DNA of 64,000 nucleotides from an uncultured cyanobacterium (GCA_963706595.1 OY970166.1:928001-992000); one strand, 5' to 3'; shown: positions 49,823 through 61,207, counted from the first letter of the stretch. Numbers and translations are program-made. Notes: generated from the letters alone by a model not told the origin.

Positions 49823-51056
49823 ATGAAAAAATATCATCAGTGGTGTGTAGAGTTAATCGGCGGGAAATTTTTTCACCGTCAAAAGCAGGCGTTATTTGCC
49901 GTGATAGTTGCCTTGAGTATGATCGCTACATTCATGATATCATCGCCTCTGAATGCTCAAACCACAGTCAAGTCAGAATTAAGAGGCGTGTGGTTAACAA
50001 ATATTGATAGTAATGTACTGTTTGAACGCGATCGCCTAAAAAATGCCTTAGAACGCTTAGATAACTTAAACTTTAATACAGTTTACCCCGTAGTCTGGAA
50101 TTGGGGATATACATTATATCCTAGCAAAGTAGCAGCCAAAGTCATTGGGCGATCGCTCGATCCCGAACCCGGACTACAAGGACGAGATATGCTCCAAGAA
50201 ATTGTCACCGAGGGACATAAAAAAGGCTTAAAAGTGATTCCCTGGTTTGAATTTGGCTTCATGGCTCCGGCTGATTCCCTTCTCGCTAAAAATCGTCCCC
50301 AATGGCTCACCAGTCGCCGAGATGGTAGTAAAATAGTCAAAGAAGGCATACATGAACGAGTTTGGCTAAATCCCTTCCATCCAGAAGCACAGAAATTCAT
50401 CCAAGATTTAATCGTTGAAATCGTCAGCAACTACGACATTGACGGCATTCAATTTGATGACCATTTCGGTTTACCATCAGAATTGGGCTATGATGCCTAC
50501 ACAGTAGCCTTATACAAAAAAGAACACCGTGGACAAGCACCCCCACGAGACCCCAAAAATCCCGCATGGGTGAGATGGAGAGCTAACAAAATTACCGACT
50601 TCATGAAGCGAGTATTTGCAGCCATCAAAGCCAATCAAAAAGATTGTATAGTTTCCGTCGCCCCTAACCCGCAGCGTTTTTCCTACGAATATTATCTCGC
50701 AGATTGGCAGAGATGGGAAAGAATGGGACTGGTAGAAGACTTAGTATTGCAGATATATCGAGATGATTTGAACGTATTTATCAAAGAACTAGAGTATCCA
50801 GAAGTCAAAGCCGCCCGCAGCCATATTCCTGTGAGTATCGGTATTTTATCCGGCTTAAAAAATCGCACAGTCCCTATAGAACAAATTAAAACACAAGTAC
50901 AAACAGTGCGCGATCGCAAATTTGCCGGAGTTTCCTTCTTCTTCTACGAAACCCTGTGGAACCTCAGCCAAGAACAAACCTTAAAACGTCAAACAGGCTT
51001 AAAAAACATCTTCCCCACACCAACAACTTATCCAAACTTACTCACAGGTTGGAAAG

Positions 51057-51073
<17 letters not shown>
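49823..51073 (+). CDS. glycoside hydrolase-like 10 (GHL10/DUF187) protein
   Basis: ELRGVWLT, VIPWFEFG, YDIDGIQFDDHF. Confidence 0.88.
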
Positions 51074-51130
<57 letters not shown>

Positions 51131-51265
51131 ACTAAAACTCACGGAAGTATTTCCTCCTTCTCTTTCTTCACTTGGCGTACTTGGCGTACTTGGCGGTTCG
51201 TTAAAAAAACACAACTTAATTTCAGTAATTAAGACATCGAAACATCATCCCCCCCAGCGCCCTAA

Positions 51266-52753
51266 TTATCCGCCAATTCCCAACCTTCCCGCCACACCCG
51301 GAGTTAAAGGTAAAAGAGTAGTAATCATTAAAAACAGCGCCAATAGAGCTAAAGCCGCTCTAGCATCATCAGGTTCGCTGATTTCATTTAAAGTCGGGCG
51401 TTCCAAATCTCTTTGTAAAAAGAAAATCACCACCGCCCAATAAATAGCCAGAGAATTACCCAGAGAAATTAGCCCCAGGAGAATCAAAGTAGCCGCAGTT
51501 GCTCGTCCTGCGGTTTTGCGTCCATAAATTGCCTGTATAATCCGACCACCATCTAACTGTCCAGCAGGCATTAAATTCAAAGCATTGATCACTAAACCTA
51601 GCCAACCAATCACTACCAGAGGATGGACACTCACAACAGACGATTGTAACGCTGAACCCAAGACAACCCGCGCCAAGCTACCGACTAAAATTGAACCTTG
51701 GAAAAACTGATTAGGTAATTGAAATAAACTACCAGGGTGGGAAAGTAGCAAACCCACAATTAACATTAACAAAGACAGGATACCACCTGCGGCTGGCCCT
51801 GCCAAAGCAATATCAAAAAGTACCTTACGATTGGGTAACAGAGACTCAAAGCGAGTAATTGCCCCAAAAGAACCGATTTGCACCGCCGGTAAAAAGAAAG
51901 GCCAGCTGAGGCGGATTTCGTGACGACGAGCCAGCAACCAATGACCAATTTCATGAGTCGCCAAAATTGCCAAGATCCCAGTAGCTATGGGTAAAGCCTC
52001 TGCATATCGTTCTGGATTGGCAAATAAATCAAAATTCAGCAATAATCCCGCAGTTTCTACACAAGTGAAGATTGTTGCTATCAATAAAATTACCGCAAAG
52101 GATTTTTGCTGTAACGACATCGGACGAGGATCATTCCGACTAGGTAAAACAATCACCACAGGTTTACCCTCTGTGCTATCCACTAAAAATAGCCGATATT
52201 TATCACCGACTTTTTCTTGTAAACTGGCAGTGAGACGGTTGTGAATTTCTTCTGGTTCCCCCCGCATATTACCTTTGAAAATCGCCCCTTCTTGATAGGA
52301 GATAGTTTCTGTAGTAAAAAACGTATCAATTCCAAAAATGCTTCTAATAGCACTCAAATCCTCATCAGGAATTGGTAAGGGTTCGATTTTCAATTCTGCT
52401 ACTATGACCTGGGGAGTATTTTCGGCTGCTGGTGAAGAATTAGCCGCTAACCTCTCCGTTGCTTTTTGCTGAATAATTGCATCTTGTCCAGCAGCGCGTA
52501 ACTGTCTACCCAAAAACACATAAAACCCAGCCGAAGTCACCACTAAAATCAATATCCCCAGTATATTAATGTAAATACCAGCCGCAAACAAACCAAAAAA
52601 CAGTAGCCAGGGAGTCATCAATACCACCGACTGTAACCAGGCTAAGATTCCCAGTTTTCCAAAAGGTCTAGCGCGATAAAAGCCCCAACCTAAAATACCC
52701 AAAGCAATTAACAAAATTATCCCAATAACGGGAATCTCTGATGAGGTAAACAT
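51266..52753 (-). CDS. site-2 protease (peptidase M50)
   Basis: HEIGH zinc motif, IALAGP, NLMPAGQLDGG. Confidence 0.92.
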   Translation of the reverse strand: MFTSSEIPVIGIILLIALGILGWGFYRARPFGKLGILAWLQSVVLMTPWLLFFGLFAAGIYINILGILILVVTSAGFYVFLGRQLRAAGQDAIIQQKATERLAANSSPAAENTPQVIVAELKIEPLPIPDEDLSAIRSIFGIDTFFTTETISYQEGAIFKGNMRGEPEEIHNRLTASLQEKVGDKYRLFLVDSTEGKPVVIVLPSRNDPRPMSLQQKSFAVILLIATIFTCVETAGLLLNFDLFANPERYAEALPIATGILAILATHEIGHWLLARRHEIRLSWPFFLPAVQIGSFGAITRFESLLPNRKVLFDIALAGPAAGGILSLLMLIVGLLLSHPGSLFQLPNQFFQGSILVGSLARVVLGSALQSSVVSVHPLVVIGWLGLVINALNLMPAGQLDGGRIIQAIYGRKTAGRATAATLILLGLISLGNSLAIYWAVVIFFLQRDLERPTLNEISEPDDARAALALLALFLMITTLLPLTPGVAGRLGIGG

Positions 52754-52867
52754 TTCCAAACCCTTAGCTGTGAAAAACAAAGCCCGAATTAGTCCGGTAT
52801 TACAGACATTATCCCCTAATCCTTGACACTCCGTCGCCCAAAACCCCTCCCTTGACATCCCAAACTC

Positions 52868-54121
52868 TTATTCTTTGCGTCTTTGCGCCTCTGCGTGAGC
52901 TAAACCCACAAAATCAAATAAATAATGCGCCATTTGCAACTTAGAACAAGGTAGAATTTCTCGCTGATTTCCTTGTTTATCTAAAAATATCGCCTGATTA
53001 TTGTCACTACCAAAACCACTATCAGGTTTATCAATGGGATTAGCAACAATCATATCCAAATGCTTATTTTGCAACTTGTCCATAGCTGGGGTGATAATAT
53101 TTCCAGTCTGTGCAGCAAAGCCAACTAAAAACTGATGCGGTTGCTTGAGTTGTGCTAACTGAGCAATGATATCTGGTACTGGTTCTAGAGGTAAAGATTG
53201 GGGAAGCGATCGCTTGGGTAATTTCTCTGTACTATAGTCTCTAGGCTTCACATCAGCCACTGCCGCAGACATAATAATTATATCAGAATTGTGTAAGTAT
53301 GACTGCATGACCTGCTGCATTTGGGCGGCATTAACTACAGGTACAGCTTCCACTCCCAATGGTACAGCCCAAGAAGCTGGACTATGCACCAGCGTTATAT
53401 TTGCGCCTCGATGCAATGCAGCTTGTGCTAAAGCTAATCCCATTTTACCTGTAGAAGGATTGCCAATAAACCGCACTGGATCAAAATATTCTCTGGTTCC
53501 CCCAGCGCTAATTAATACACGCTTACCCGTTAAATCTCTCTGTCCGCCAGTGTGTAAAAGTGATTGGATATAAGTCAAAATTTCTGGGGGTTCTGCCATT
53601 CTTCCCGCACCGATGCGATCGCACGCCAATAACCCCGATGCTGTCATCATACCATGATATCTGCTATCTATTAACAGTTGTTGCCAATTGCGCTGCACTG
53701 CTAACTGTAACCACATATCTGTATTCATAGCTGGTGCTAACAACACCGGACAAGTAGAAGCCAGCACCGTATTTGTGAGTAAGTTGTCAGCCATCCCATA
53801 AGCTAACTTTGCTAATGTATGAGCCGTCAAAGGGGCAATCACCAACAAATCTGCCCATTCGCCCAACTCAATATGCAACGGACGGGAATGAGTTGCTTGC
53901 CAAAAATCATCATCTGTGTATGCAGTATGGCGAGAGAGGGTAGCTAAAGTTAAAGGCGTAATAAATTGTTGCGCTGACTGGGTAAGAATGACGCGAATTT
54001 CTACCCCAGTTTTAAACAGCGTCGAAACTAATTCACAAACTTTGTAGGCGGCGATACCACCACATACAGCAATGATCACCCTTTTTTTGCGGTTTGGGGT
54101 TTGGGGTTGGAGATGCAACAT
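52868..54121 (-). CDS. coaBC: phosphopantothenoylcysteine decarboxylase/ligase
   Basis: [44 protein letters not shown]. Confidence 0.96.
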   Translation of the reverse strand: MLHLQPQTPNRKKRVIIAVCGGIAAYKVCELVSTLFKTGVEIRVILTQSAQQFITPLTLATLSRHTAYTDDDFWQATHSRPLHIELGEWADLLVIAPLTAHTLAKLAYGMADNLLTNTVLASTCPVLLAPAMNTDMWLQLAVQRNWQQLLIDSRYHGMMTASGLLACDRIGAGRMAEPPEILTYIQSLLHTGGQRDLTGKRVLISAGGTREYFDPVRFIGNPSTGKMGLALAQAALHRGANITLVHSPASWAVPLGVEAVPVVNAAQMQQVMQSYLHNSDIIIMSAAVADVKPRDYSTEKLPKRSLPQSLPLEPVPDIIAQLAQLKQPHQFLVGFAAQTGNIITPAMDKLQNKHLDMIVANPIDKPDSGFGSDNNQAIFLDKQGNQREILPCSKLQMAHYLFDFVGLAHAEAQRRKE

Positions 54122-54189
54122 AGAGAAGAATTAGGAGTAAATAGTTAAAAATAATAACTTTTTACTCCTAATGTTAAAATTAAACTTTG

Positions 54190-54402
54190 TTATGCTTCGT
54201 CGTAGGCTTCTAAATCCAAGAGATGGATATAAGGTTCAACTAACTCAGGACGTTGAAAAGCGATCGCCCGCAACAGATGCCAATCATTTAAACCCTCAAA
54301 AGCATTGCTATAATCATCTTCCTCTAGACGATTAGCCAAATCTTGGACATCTGCCGTAGTCATAGCAGAAATATCTTTCTTAGAAATGCTTAAAGTTGTC
54401 AT
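54190..54402 (-). CDS. DUF2555-type small cyanobacterial protein
   Basis: LANRLEEDDY.NAFEGL.DWHLLRAIAFQRPELVEPY; GGGGGCAAGG upstream of ATG 54402. Confidence 0.78.
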   Translation of the reverse strand: MTTLSISKKDISAMTTADVQDLANRLEEDDYSNAFEGLNDWHLLRAIAFQRPELVEPYIHLLDLEAYDEA

Positions 54403-54641
54403 AATCCTTGCCCCTCCCTTATGCAGAATTCTCACCCAGCACGAATTTGAGTTGCGCTTGACGCTGCTACCCAATCTATCTTACTCATTAGAAGGCGTAC
54501 ATTTGCGAAAAACTTGGATTTTTTTTACCATATTTTGCAAAAAATTTCTACTTCAGACTAGAATCGCCAGGCAGAAGTAGGGGCTGGTTAACAGATATCA
54601 TTCATCATGAACAGGGATATTGTTAAACCCGCCCCTACTAG

Positions 54642-54758
54642 TACCGCAAGGCGGAAGTCAAAAGTCAAAAGTCAAAAGTCAAAAGTCAAAAGTCAAAAAG
54701 CTTATAAAATGGGCTTTTCATAGATTTTGAATGGTCTGTTTATTTACGCCAACTTGTA
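54642..54758. mobile_element. MITE-like element with internal (GTCAAAA)n and CTAG flanks
   Basis: CTAG at 54638-54641 and 54759-54762; imperfect TIR TACCGCAAGGCG/CGCCAACTTGTA; abuts a GTAG REP at 54577-54638. Confidence 0.6.
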
Positions 54759-55373
54759 CTAGCCAATGATCTTCACAACAAAATTGCGTAGCACATCTAA
54801 CATTTCTGGGCGAATTTCATGCCCCGTATCAAATTCATGATATTCCACCGCAATTCCCAGAGACTCTGCTGCCTCCCGTGCTTTTAAAGCAGCTTGCAGT
54901 GGCACAACTTCATCGTATCTACCATGCATAATTAAAGTCGGGGGAAAATCACCTTTAGCGGTTGTGACGATATCAGGATGCAAATACCCACTCATGACAA
55001 CTAATCCGGCCAGAGGCAATTTTAGCCCCACATCCAAAGTCATCGCCCCACCTTGAGAAAATCCACTCAAAATAGTCCGCGATAACGGTACACCAGTGGT
55101 ACTTTCCAAAGATTGCAACCAATTTATTAACAATTGCTGACTTTCTGGCAAACCTTCATACATATTTTCCATTCTCAGGTCATACCATGCCCTACCTTTA
55201 GGAGAATGGGGAAAAGGAAAAGGTGCATTGGGAAATAAAAACTGGTGATTAGGTAAATTGAAAAACGGTAATAAAGATGCTGCATCTTCAGCATTAGCTC
55301 CCCAACCATGTAAGCAGACAATTAAACCTGCGGGTGGTTGAGAACTAGAAGGGGGAAGGGAAATAAATTGCAA
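54759..55373 (-). CDS. phospholipase/carboxylesterase (alpha/beta hydrolase)
   Basis: LHGWGAN, GFSQGG, HGRYDEVV, GHEI. Confidence 0.9.
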   Translation of the reverse strand: MQFISLPPSSSQPPAGLIVCLHGWGANAEDAASLLPFFNLPNHQFLFPNAPFPFPHSPKGRAWYDLRMENMYEGLPESQQLLINWLQSLESTTGVPLSRTILSGFSQGGAMTLDVGLKLPLAGLVVMSGYLHPDIVTTAKGDFPPTLIMHGRYDEVVPLQAALKAREAAESLGIAVEYHEFDTGHEIRPEMLDVLRNFVVKIIG

Positions 55374-55594
55374 AGACAGGGTTCTACTCCTAAAATTAAG
55401 CTCTTTGAGTAGATTCTACCTCGACCAACCAATCTCAAGTTTTCTTTGTGTGTTTGTGTCTTGGCGTGGCTGTAGCAATGAGTTCATTAACTCGGTCTAA
55501 ACAAGCATTCAACCCAGCTGCAAACTCATAGCATCGCGATATGTCCCATGAGGATCACCCGCAATACAACCGTAACGTTCCACCAGAGACGTAA

Positions 55595-55850
55595 GGGACT
55601 TCCAATTAAAAAAATATCCCATTGCTGACGTAGGCAGGGGAGCAGGGAGCAGGCTTGCCGTGAGCGTAGTGGCGTGACAAGGCTAAAATGTTGCAATAGA
55701 TTTTTGATAAAATTGGGATAAATCAATGTTTTCTGCTTTTTTCCTAATGCACTACTTTAAGCTTGCCACGCTAGTAGCCGAACGGGAGCAGGGGGGATAA
55801 AGAACAAAGATGGTCTGATGAAATGGGGCAATTTATTTTCTGGAAGTCCC
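55595..55850. mobile_element. MITE family B (TIR GGGACTTCCA, TAA target duplication) containing MITE A copy 3
   Basis: TAA-GGGACTTCCA...TGGAAGTCCC-TAA; removing it restores the GQVTS reading frame. Confidence 0.82.
55670..55773. mobile_element. MITE family A, copy 3 (nested)
   Basis: GTAG-TGGCGTGACAAG...CTTGCCACGCTA-GTAG. Confidence 0.85.
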
Positions 55851-56281
55851 TAACTTGCCCTATGTATGTTTCTTGAGAATTTACTTGGCTATCTATAACT
55901 TCATTCACTTCAGTAGCATTTGCTGCTTGCCCAAAGAACGCCTGTACTGTCAGGCTTGCAGACATTAACAGCCATAAAGAAATTTTATTAGCCATTTTAC
56001 ACCTCACACCAGACGATTACACAAGAATAATTTCCATTTGGAGCTTATTGCTTTTAGACAAAAATTCTGATTTAATAGAAACTAATGTCATGTATACATT
56101 GGAACGTAATTTATAATAGTTATCAATACCGTGAGCTAAAAAATTGCCCCAATAGCCAAAAATAAGTGCTTTTAAATCTAATTGGCAAAAAAGTCAGAAC
56201 TTGTGATGATGCCAGTTTATTTTTTCATGAAAATCTATTTTTTCAATAGCTAATGTCAGAGTTTTTTGTTTGGAGAAAGGT

Positions 56282-57331
56282 ATGAAGCGTCGCCAATTTG
56301 TTTATTTAGTCGGAATAGCAACTGCTAGCGGTGGATTAGCCGTTGCTTGTGATGCTAATTCTAATCAAACCGCCACAGATTTAGGACAAGCCGCTACAGA
56401 ATTAGAGCAAGAGTTAGTCATTTACTCAGGACGTAATGAGAAACTCATAGGTGAACTAATTAAGCAGTTTGAAACCCAAACTAATGCTAAAATTCAAGTC
56501 CGTTATGGTGATACGGCCGAATTAGCATCAGCAATTTTGGAAGAAGGCACAAATAGTCCCGCAGATGTATTTTTTGGTCAAGATGCAGGCGCTCTGGGAG
56601 CTTTGCAAAAAGCAGGTAGAACCGCACAGTTACCAAGTTCTCTGGTGAATAAGGTAGATAGTGCTTACCGTTCTCCAGAAGGACAATGGGTAGGTGTTAC
56701 AGGTAGAGTGCGTACAGTAGATTACAACACAAATTTAGTCAAAGCAGAGGAATTACCCTCATCTATTTTTGGTTTTACTGACCCGAAATGGAAAGGTAAA
56801 ATTGGTTGGGCCCCTACAAATGGCTCGTTTCAATCCTTTGTTACAGGCTTGCGAGTTGCTGAGGGAGAGGAGAGAGCCAAAGAATGGTTAGAAGGTATCA
56901 AAGCTAATGATGCCAAGGTTTATCCTAACAATACATCAATAGTAGAAGCTTTAAGTCGTGGCGAAATAGCTGTAGGATTTGTTAACCATTACTACCTGGA
57001 ACGAATCAAAAAAGATAATCCTGAAGTTCCAGTGGCGCATCATTTCACTGAAGATATTGGGTCTTTAGTTAATGTCGCAGGCGTAGCAATTCTCGACAGT
57101 GCCAAGCATCCTAATATTGCTCAAAGGTTTACCGAATTTTTGCTCAATGAAGATGCTCAAAACTACTTTGCTAGTGAAACCTTTGAGTATCCTCTCGCTT
57201 CTGGAGTTGCTCCCCAAGGGAATTTGAAATCACTCAATGAAATTCGCAAACAAGACAAAAAAATTGATTTGAGTAACCTCAATGATTTGGATAATACACT
57301 AAAATTGTTGCAGCAAGTAGCAATCATTTAA
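56282..57331 (+). CDS. futA: Fe(III) ABC transporter substrate-binding protein (FutA/IdiA type), probable Tat lipoprotein
   Basis: MKRRQF twin-Arg, LAVAC lipobox, YSGR, SPADVF, VNHYY, VNVAG, EYP. Confidence 0.85.
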   Translation: MKRRQFVYLVGIATASGGLAVACDANSNQTATDLGQAATELEQELVIYSGRNEKLIGELIKQFETQTNAKIQVRYGDTAELASAILEEGTNSPADVFFGQDAGALGALQKAGRTAQLPSSLVNKVDSAYRSPEGQWVGVTGRVRTVDYNTNLVKAEELPSSIFGFTDPKWKGKIGWAPTNGSFQSFVTGLRVAEGEERAKEWLEGIKANDAKVYPNNTSIVEALSRGEIAVGFVNHYYLERIKKDNPEVPVAHHFTEDIGSLVNVAGVAILDSAKHPNIAQRFTEFLLNEDAQNYFASETFEYPLASGVAPQGNLKSLNEIRKQDKKIDLSNLNDLDNTLKLLQQVAII

Positions 57332-57483
57332 GCTGATATCAGCAAGACTAAATGGGCTGGGTAAGGTAGGAAAGATTTGGAATCCTAGAAAAAGTTTGAG
57401 AAGTTTTCTTGCTTACCAGTGCCACTTAGTGATAATAATTAGAAGGAGCAAAAAGTATCGCTAAATATTCCTGTTAAATAAAA

Positions 57484-58509
57484 ATGCAGACTGTGAAATT
57501 GAACCCATTGTCATTAATGAAAGTTACAGCCGGAGCTTTAGCTTTCATGCTCAGTTCGGGAGTAGGTGTAAGTGTAAATGCACAAACTAAAACTGTCACT
57601 ATTTATTCAGGTAGATCGGAAAAACTGATTTCGCCGTTGCTGGAAAAAGCCAAAAAGGACTTGGGGATGAATATCCAAGTGCGTTATGGTGATACGGCTG
57701 AGTTAGCGATCGCGCTCTTGGAAGAAGGCAAAAATAGCCGCGCCGATTTATTTTTTGCTCAAGATGCGGGTGCTTTAGGAACTCTGGAAAGACGAAATCT
57801 CACCCTACCAATTTCATCTAACTTGGTGAATCGAGTAGATCCTCGCTTTCGCTCTCCCAAAGCACATTGGGTAGGTATTTCTGGTCGGGCGCGTGTACTT
57901 AACTACAACACCAATTTAGTCAAAAAGGATCAACTGCCAAAGTCAGTTTGGGATTTAGTCAGACCACAATGGCGTGGTAAAGTAGCTTGGGCCCCAACTA
58001 ACGGCTCATTTCAGTCATTTGTCACCGCCATGCGGGTACTAGAGGGAGAACCCAGAACTCTGCAATGGCTCAAAGCCATGAAAGCTAATGGAGTCAAAGA
58101 TTACCGCAACAACACCACAATTGTAGAAGCACTAGGACGCGGAGAAACTCAAATCGGGCTGGTAAATAACTATTATTTAGCCAACTTCAAAAAAACTAAT
58201 GCTAATCTCCCTGTAGCTGCTCACTACACCAATCAAGATGCAGCATCAATGATCAACATCGCTGGTGTGGCAATTATGAACTCCACTAAGCAAAAACCGG
58301 AAGTAGAAAAACTGATTGGCTACCTGCTCAGTCCAAGTTCACAAACATACTTTGCTAAAGAAACTAATGAATATCCCCTAGTTTCAGGAGTAGCAGGACC
58401 GGCTAATCAAGTACCATTGAACCAGATTAAGACACCCAAAGTTAACCTGACAAACTTGAATGATTTGCCAGGAACGTTAGAATTGCTACAAGAAGCGGGA
58501 GTTTTGTAA
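57484..58509 (+). CDS. futA: second Fe(III) ABC substrate-binding protein
   Basis: paralogue of the preceding gene; VNNYY, NEYP; signal ends VNA, no lipobox Cys. Confidence 0.85.
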   Translation: MQTVKLNPLSLMKVTAGALAFMLSSGVGVSVNAQTKTVTIYSGRSEKLISPLLEKAKKDLGMNIQVRYGDTAELAIALLEEGKNSRADLFFAQDAGALGTLERRNLTLPISSNLVNRVDPRFRSPKAHWVGISGRARVLNYNTNLVKKDQLPKSVWDLVRPQWRGKVAWAPTNGSFQSFVTAMRVLEGEPRTLQWLKAMKANGVKDYRNNTTIVEALGRGETQIGLVNNYYLANFKKTNANLPVAAHYTNQDAASMINIAGVAIMNSTKQKPEVEKLIGYLLSPSSQTYFAKETNEYPLVSGVAGPANQVPLNQIKTPKVNLTNLNDLPGTLELLQEAGVL

Positions 58510-58512
58510 GCG

Positions 58513-60132
58513 TTGAAATCATCGGTTCGCCCTCCATTATTTCTAATTTTAGCGGCGGCGGTAGTAGCAGTGGCTATTACCCTGCCATTAGTATACTTAG
58601 TTATCCGGGCCGCAGGGATCGGTGCGGATGAGTTTTGGGCATTAATTTCTCGTCCCCGCAATATCACTGTTTTCTTGAATAGTGCGGCGATGGCGGCCAC
58701 AGTGACTTTATTTTCCACACTGATTGCTGTACCATTAGCATTTTTAACTGTGCGGACAGACTTACCCGGACGCAAGTTTTGGTTAATAGCCACCACATTA
58801 CCCTTAGCAGTTCCTAGTTATGTGGGCAGTTTTGCGTTAATTGCCGCTTTAGCACCAAGGGGAAGTTTTTTACAATTATTGTTACAACCTCTGGGGGTAG
58901 AAGAATTACCTTCTATTTATGGTTTTCCGGGGGCAGTTTTAGCCATCACCTTGTTTACTTACCCTTATCTATTACTCAGTGTCCGTTCTGGGTTACAAGG
59001 TATAGATCCTTCGATAGAGGAAGCTGGCCGCAGTTTGGGTTATAGCAGTAAGGAGACCTTCTTTAAGGTAGTTTTACCCCAACTGAAACCATCCATGATT
59101 GCCGGGGGATTATTGGTAGCTTTGTATTCATTGCGCGATTTTGGCACACCTTCGCTGATGCGGTTTGATGCCTTTACACGGGTAATTTTTACACAATATA
59201 AAGCTAGTTTTAATCGCAACACAGCTGCGGTGTTATCTTTAATGTTGGTGACACTGGTACTGTTAATTTTATGGCTAGAGTATCGAGTGCGATCGCGTGC
59301 TGCATATTATAGTCGTGGTTCCGCCTCATTACGTCCGCCGAAAATTGTCAAATTGGGAATTTGGAAATGGCCAGCGCTGGGCTTTTGCTTACTGATTACT
59401 AGCTTCGGTGTAGTGTTACCAGTGGGGATTACCTTATTTTGGCTAATTCGGGGACTGAATACAGGGTACAGTTTCCCCAACTTATTACCTAGCATTTTTA
59501 ACTCAGTTTCAGCAGCTGGATTAGCTGCGATCGCCGCGACAATATTTGCATTACCTGTAGCCATATTATCAGTCAGATTCCCCACTAAAATCACCGCTAT
59601 AATTGAACGCTGCTCTTATATAGGTTTTGGTGTCCCAGGAATTGTCGTAGCTTTATCATTGGTCTTTTTTGGTGCAAACTACTTGCCATTTCTGTATCAA
59701 ACATTGCCAATGCTCATATTTGCGTATTTAGTCTTATTTCTGCCCCAATCACTCGGAGCAATACGCACCAGCCTTTTACAAGTCAATCCCCAGCTAGAAG
59801 AATCAGCCCGCAGCTTAGGCAGAAATCCTTGGCAAGCCCTAAGAGAAATCACTTTACCCCTCGTCAGACCTGGAGTGTTGAGTGGTGCAGTCTTGGTCTT
59901 TCTCACAGCCATTAAAGAACTACCAGCAACGATGTTGTTAGCACCCATAGGCTTCAACACCTTAGCAACACAAATTTGGCAAGCCACAGAAAACGTCGAT
60001 TTTGCCGACGCTGCGGCCTCCTCCCTCACAATGCTGCTCGTTTCAATGGGTTCAACTTTATTGGTGCTATCTCAAGAAAACGTGAAAAAAGAGAAAGTCA
60101 CACCTGACGCAGAAATCCAACCCAAATTTTAA
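58513..60132 (+). CDS. futB: Fe(III) ABC transporter permease
   Basis: two EAA loops (EEAGRSLG, EESARSLG), KELPAT. Confidence 0.88.
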   Translation: MKSSVRPPLFLILAAAVVAVAITLPLVYLVIRAAGIGADEFWALISRPRNITVFLNSAAMAATVTLFSTLIAVPLAFLTVRTDLPGRKFWLIATTLPLAVPSYVGSFALIAALAPRGSFLQLLLQPLGVEELPSIYGFPGAVLAITLFTYPYLLLSVRSGLQGIDPSIEEAGRSLGYSSKETFFKVVLPQLKPSMIAGGLLVALYSLRDFGTPSLMRFDAFTRVIFTQYKASFNRNTAAVLSLMLVTLVLLILWLEYRVRSRAAYYSRGSASLRPPKIVKLGIWKWPALGFCLLITSFGVVLPVGITLFWLIRGLNTGYSFPNLLPSIFNSVSAAGLAAIAATIFALPVAILSVRFPTKITAIIERCSYIGFGVPGIVVALSLVFFGANYLPFLYQTLPMLIFAYLVLFLPQSLGAIRTSLLQVNPQLEESARSLGRNPWQALREITLPLVRPGVLSGAVLVFLTAIKELPATMLLAPIGFNTLATQIWQATENVDFADAAASSLTMLLVSMGSTLLVLSQENVKKEKVTPDAEIQPKF

Positions 60133-60166
60133 TTTTCTCATCGCCTTATTTCCCCGATTATTTACT

Positions 60167-61207
60167 ATGCAACAAGCAATTGTCAAATTACAGAATGTCA
60201 CCAAGCAGTTTTCCCAAAATGTCGCGCCAGCCGTCGATAACGTCTCCCTAACGCTGCAACAAGGGGATATATTGGGATTGCTCGGCCCATCTGGTTGTGG
60301 TAAAACTACGCTGTTGCGAATGATCGCGGGCTTTGAGAACGTGCAATCAGGAAAAATTGAAATTGGCGGTAAAATAGTTGGCGAGGGTTCTCTTTGTGTG
60401 CCAGCCGAACAGCGTGACATCGGCATTGTTTTTCAAGATTATGCCCTGTTTCCCCATTTAAACGTCGCCGAAAATGTCGCCTTTGGGTTGAAACATTCCA
60501 CAAAACAGCAAATCCAAAAACGTATCGCCGAAGTCATTGAATTAGTAAACCTGCAAGGCTTAGAGAAACGTTACCCTTACGAACTATCAGGTGGACAGCA
60601 GCAAAGAGTCGCCCTCGCCCGCGCCTTAGCACCCCAACCGCAACTGATGCTTTTGGATGAACCTTTAAGCAATCTGGATATTCAAGTGCGGTTACGATTG
60701 CGCGAGGAAATCCGAGACATCCTGAAAGCGGCGGGTACTTCAGCTATTTTTGTTACCCATGACCAAGAAGAAGCACTAGCCATTTCAGATATTGTGGGTG
60801 TCATGAAACAAGGACACTTAGAGCAACTAGGCACACCAGAAGAAATTTACACTCATCCAGCATCGAGGTTTGTCGCGGAATTTGTCACTCAGGCTAACTT
60901 CCTTCCCGCCCGCCGTCAAGGTAATATCTGGGAAACCGAAGTAGGTAATTTTGAGTTACCAGTTAACTACACAAACGACACAGGCGAAATCATGATCCGC
61001 CAGGAAGGTTTAAGATTAGAAGCAGCGACTGATTCGCCTGTATTTATCCACAGCCGCAGATTTTTAGGACGCGAATATCTCTATTGTTTAAAAACCGCCT
61101 CCGGGAAAGAAATTCACGCTCGAACCATAGCTGATATCCCTCTACCCATAGGCGCACGAGTGCAAGTATCTGTCCCAGGTAACACCGTCAAGGTTTTCCC
61201 CCAATAA
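60167..61207 (+). CDS. futC: Fe(III) ABC transporter ATP-binding protein
   Basis: GPSGCGKTT, VFQDYALFPHL, LSGGQQQRVALARAL, VTHDQEEA. Confidence 0.88.
   Translation: MQQAIVKLQNVTKQFSQNVAPAVDNVSLTLQQGDILGLLGPSGCGKTTLLRMIAGFENVQSGKIEIGGKIVGEGSLCVPAEQRDIGIVFQDYALFPHLNVAENVAFGLKHSTKQQIQKRIAEVIELVNLQGLEKRYPYELSGGQQQRVALARALAPQPQLMLLDEPLSNLDIQVRLRLREEIRDILKAAGTSAIFVTHDQEEALAISDIVGVMKQGHLEQLGTPEEIYTHPASRFVAEFVTQANFLPARRQGNIWETEVGNFELPVNYTNDTGEIMIRQEGLRLEAATDSPVFIHSRRFLGREYLYCLKTASGKEIHARTIADIPLPIGARVQVSVPGNTVKVFPQ

Larger units (their letters stand above)
55465..55995 (-). pseudogene. SLH-domain (SomA/iron-uptake type) porin relic
   Basis: signal peptide, then GQV|TSLVERYGCIAG..GTYR and (shifted) YEFAAGLNACLDRVNELIATAT once the MITE is removed; no barrel remains. 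Confidence 0.82.
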
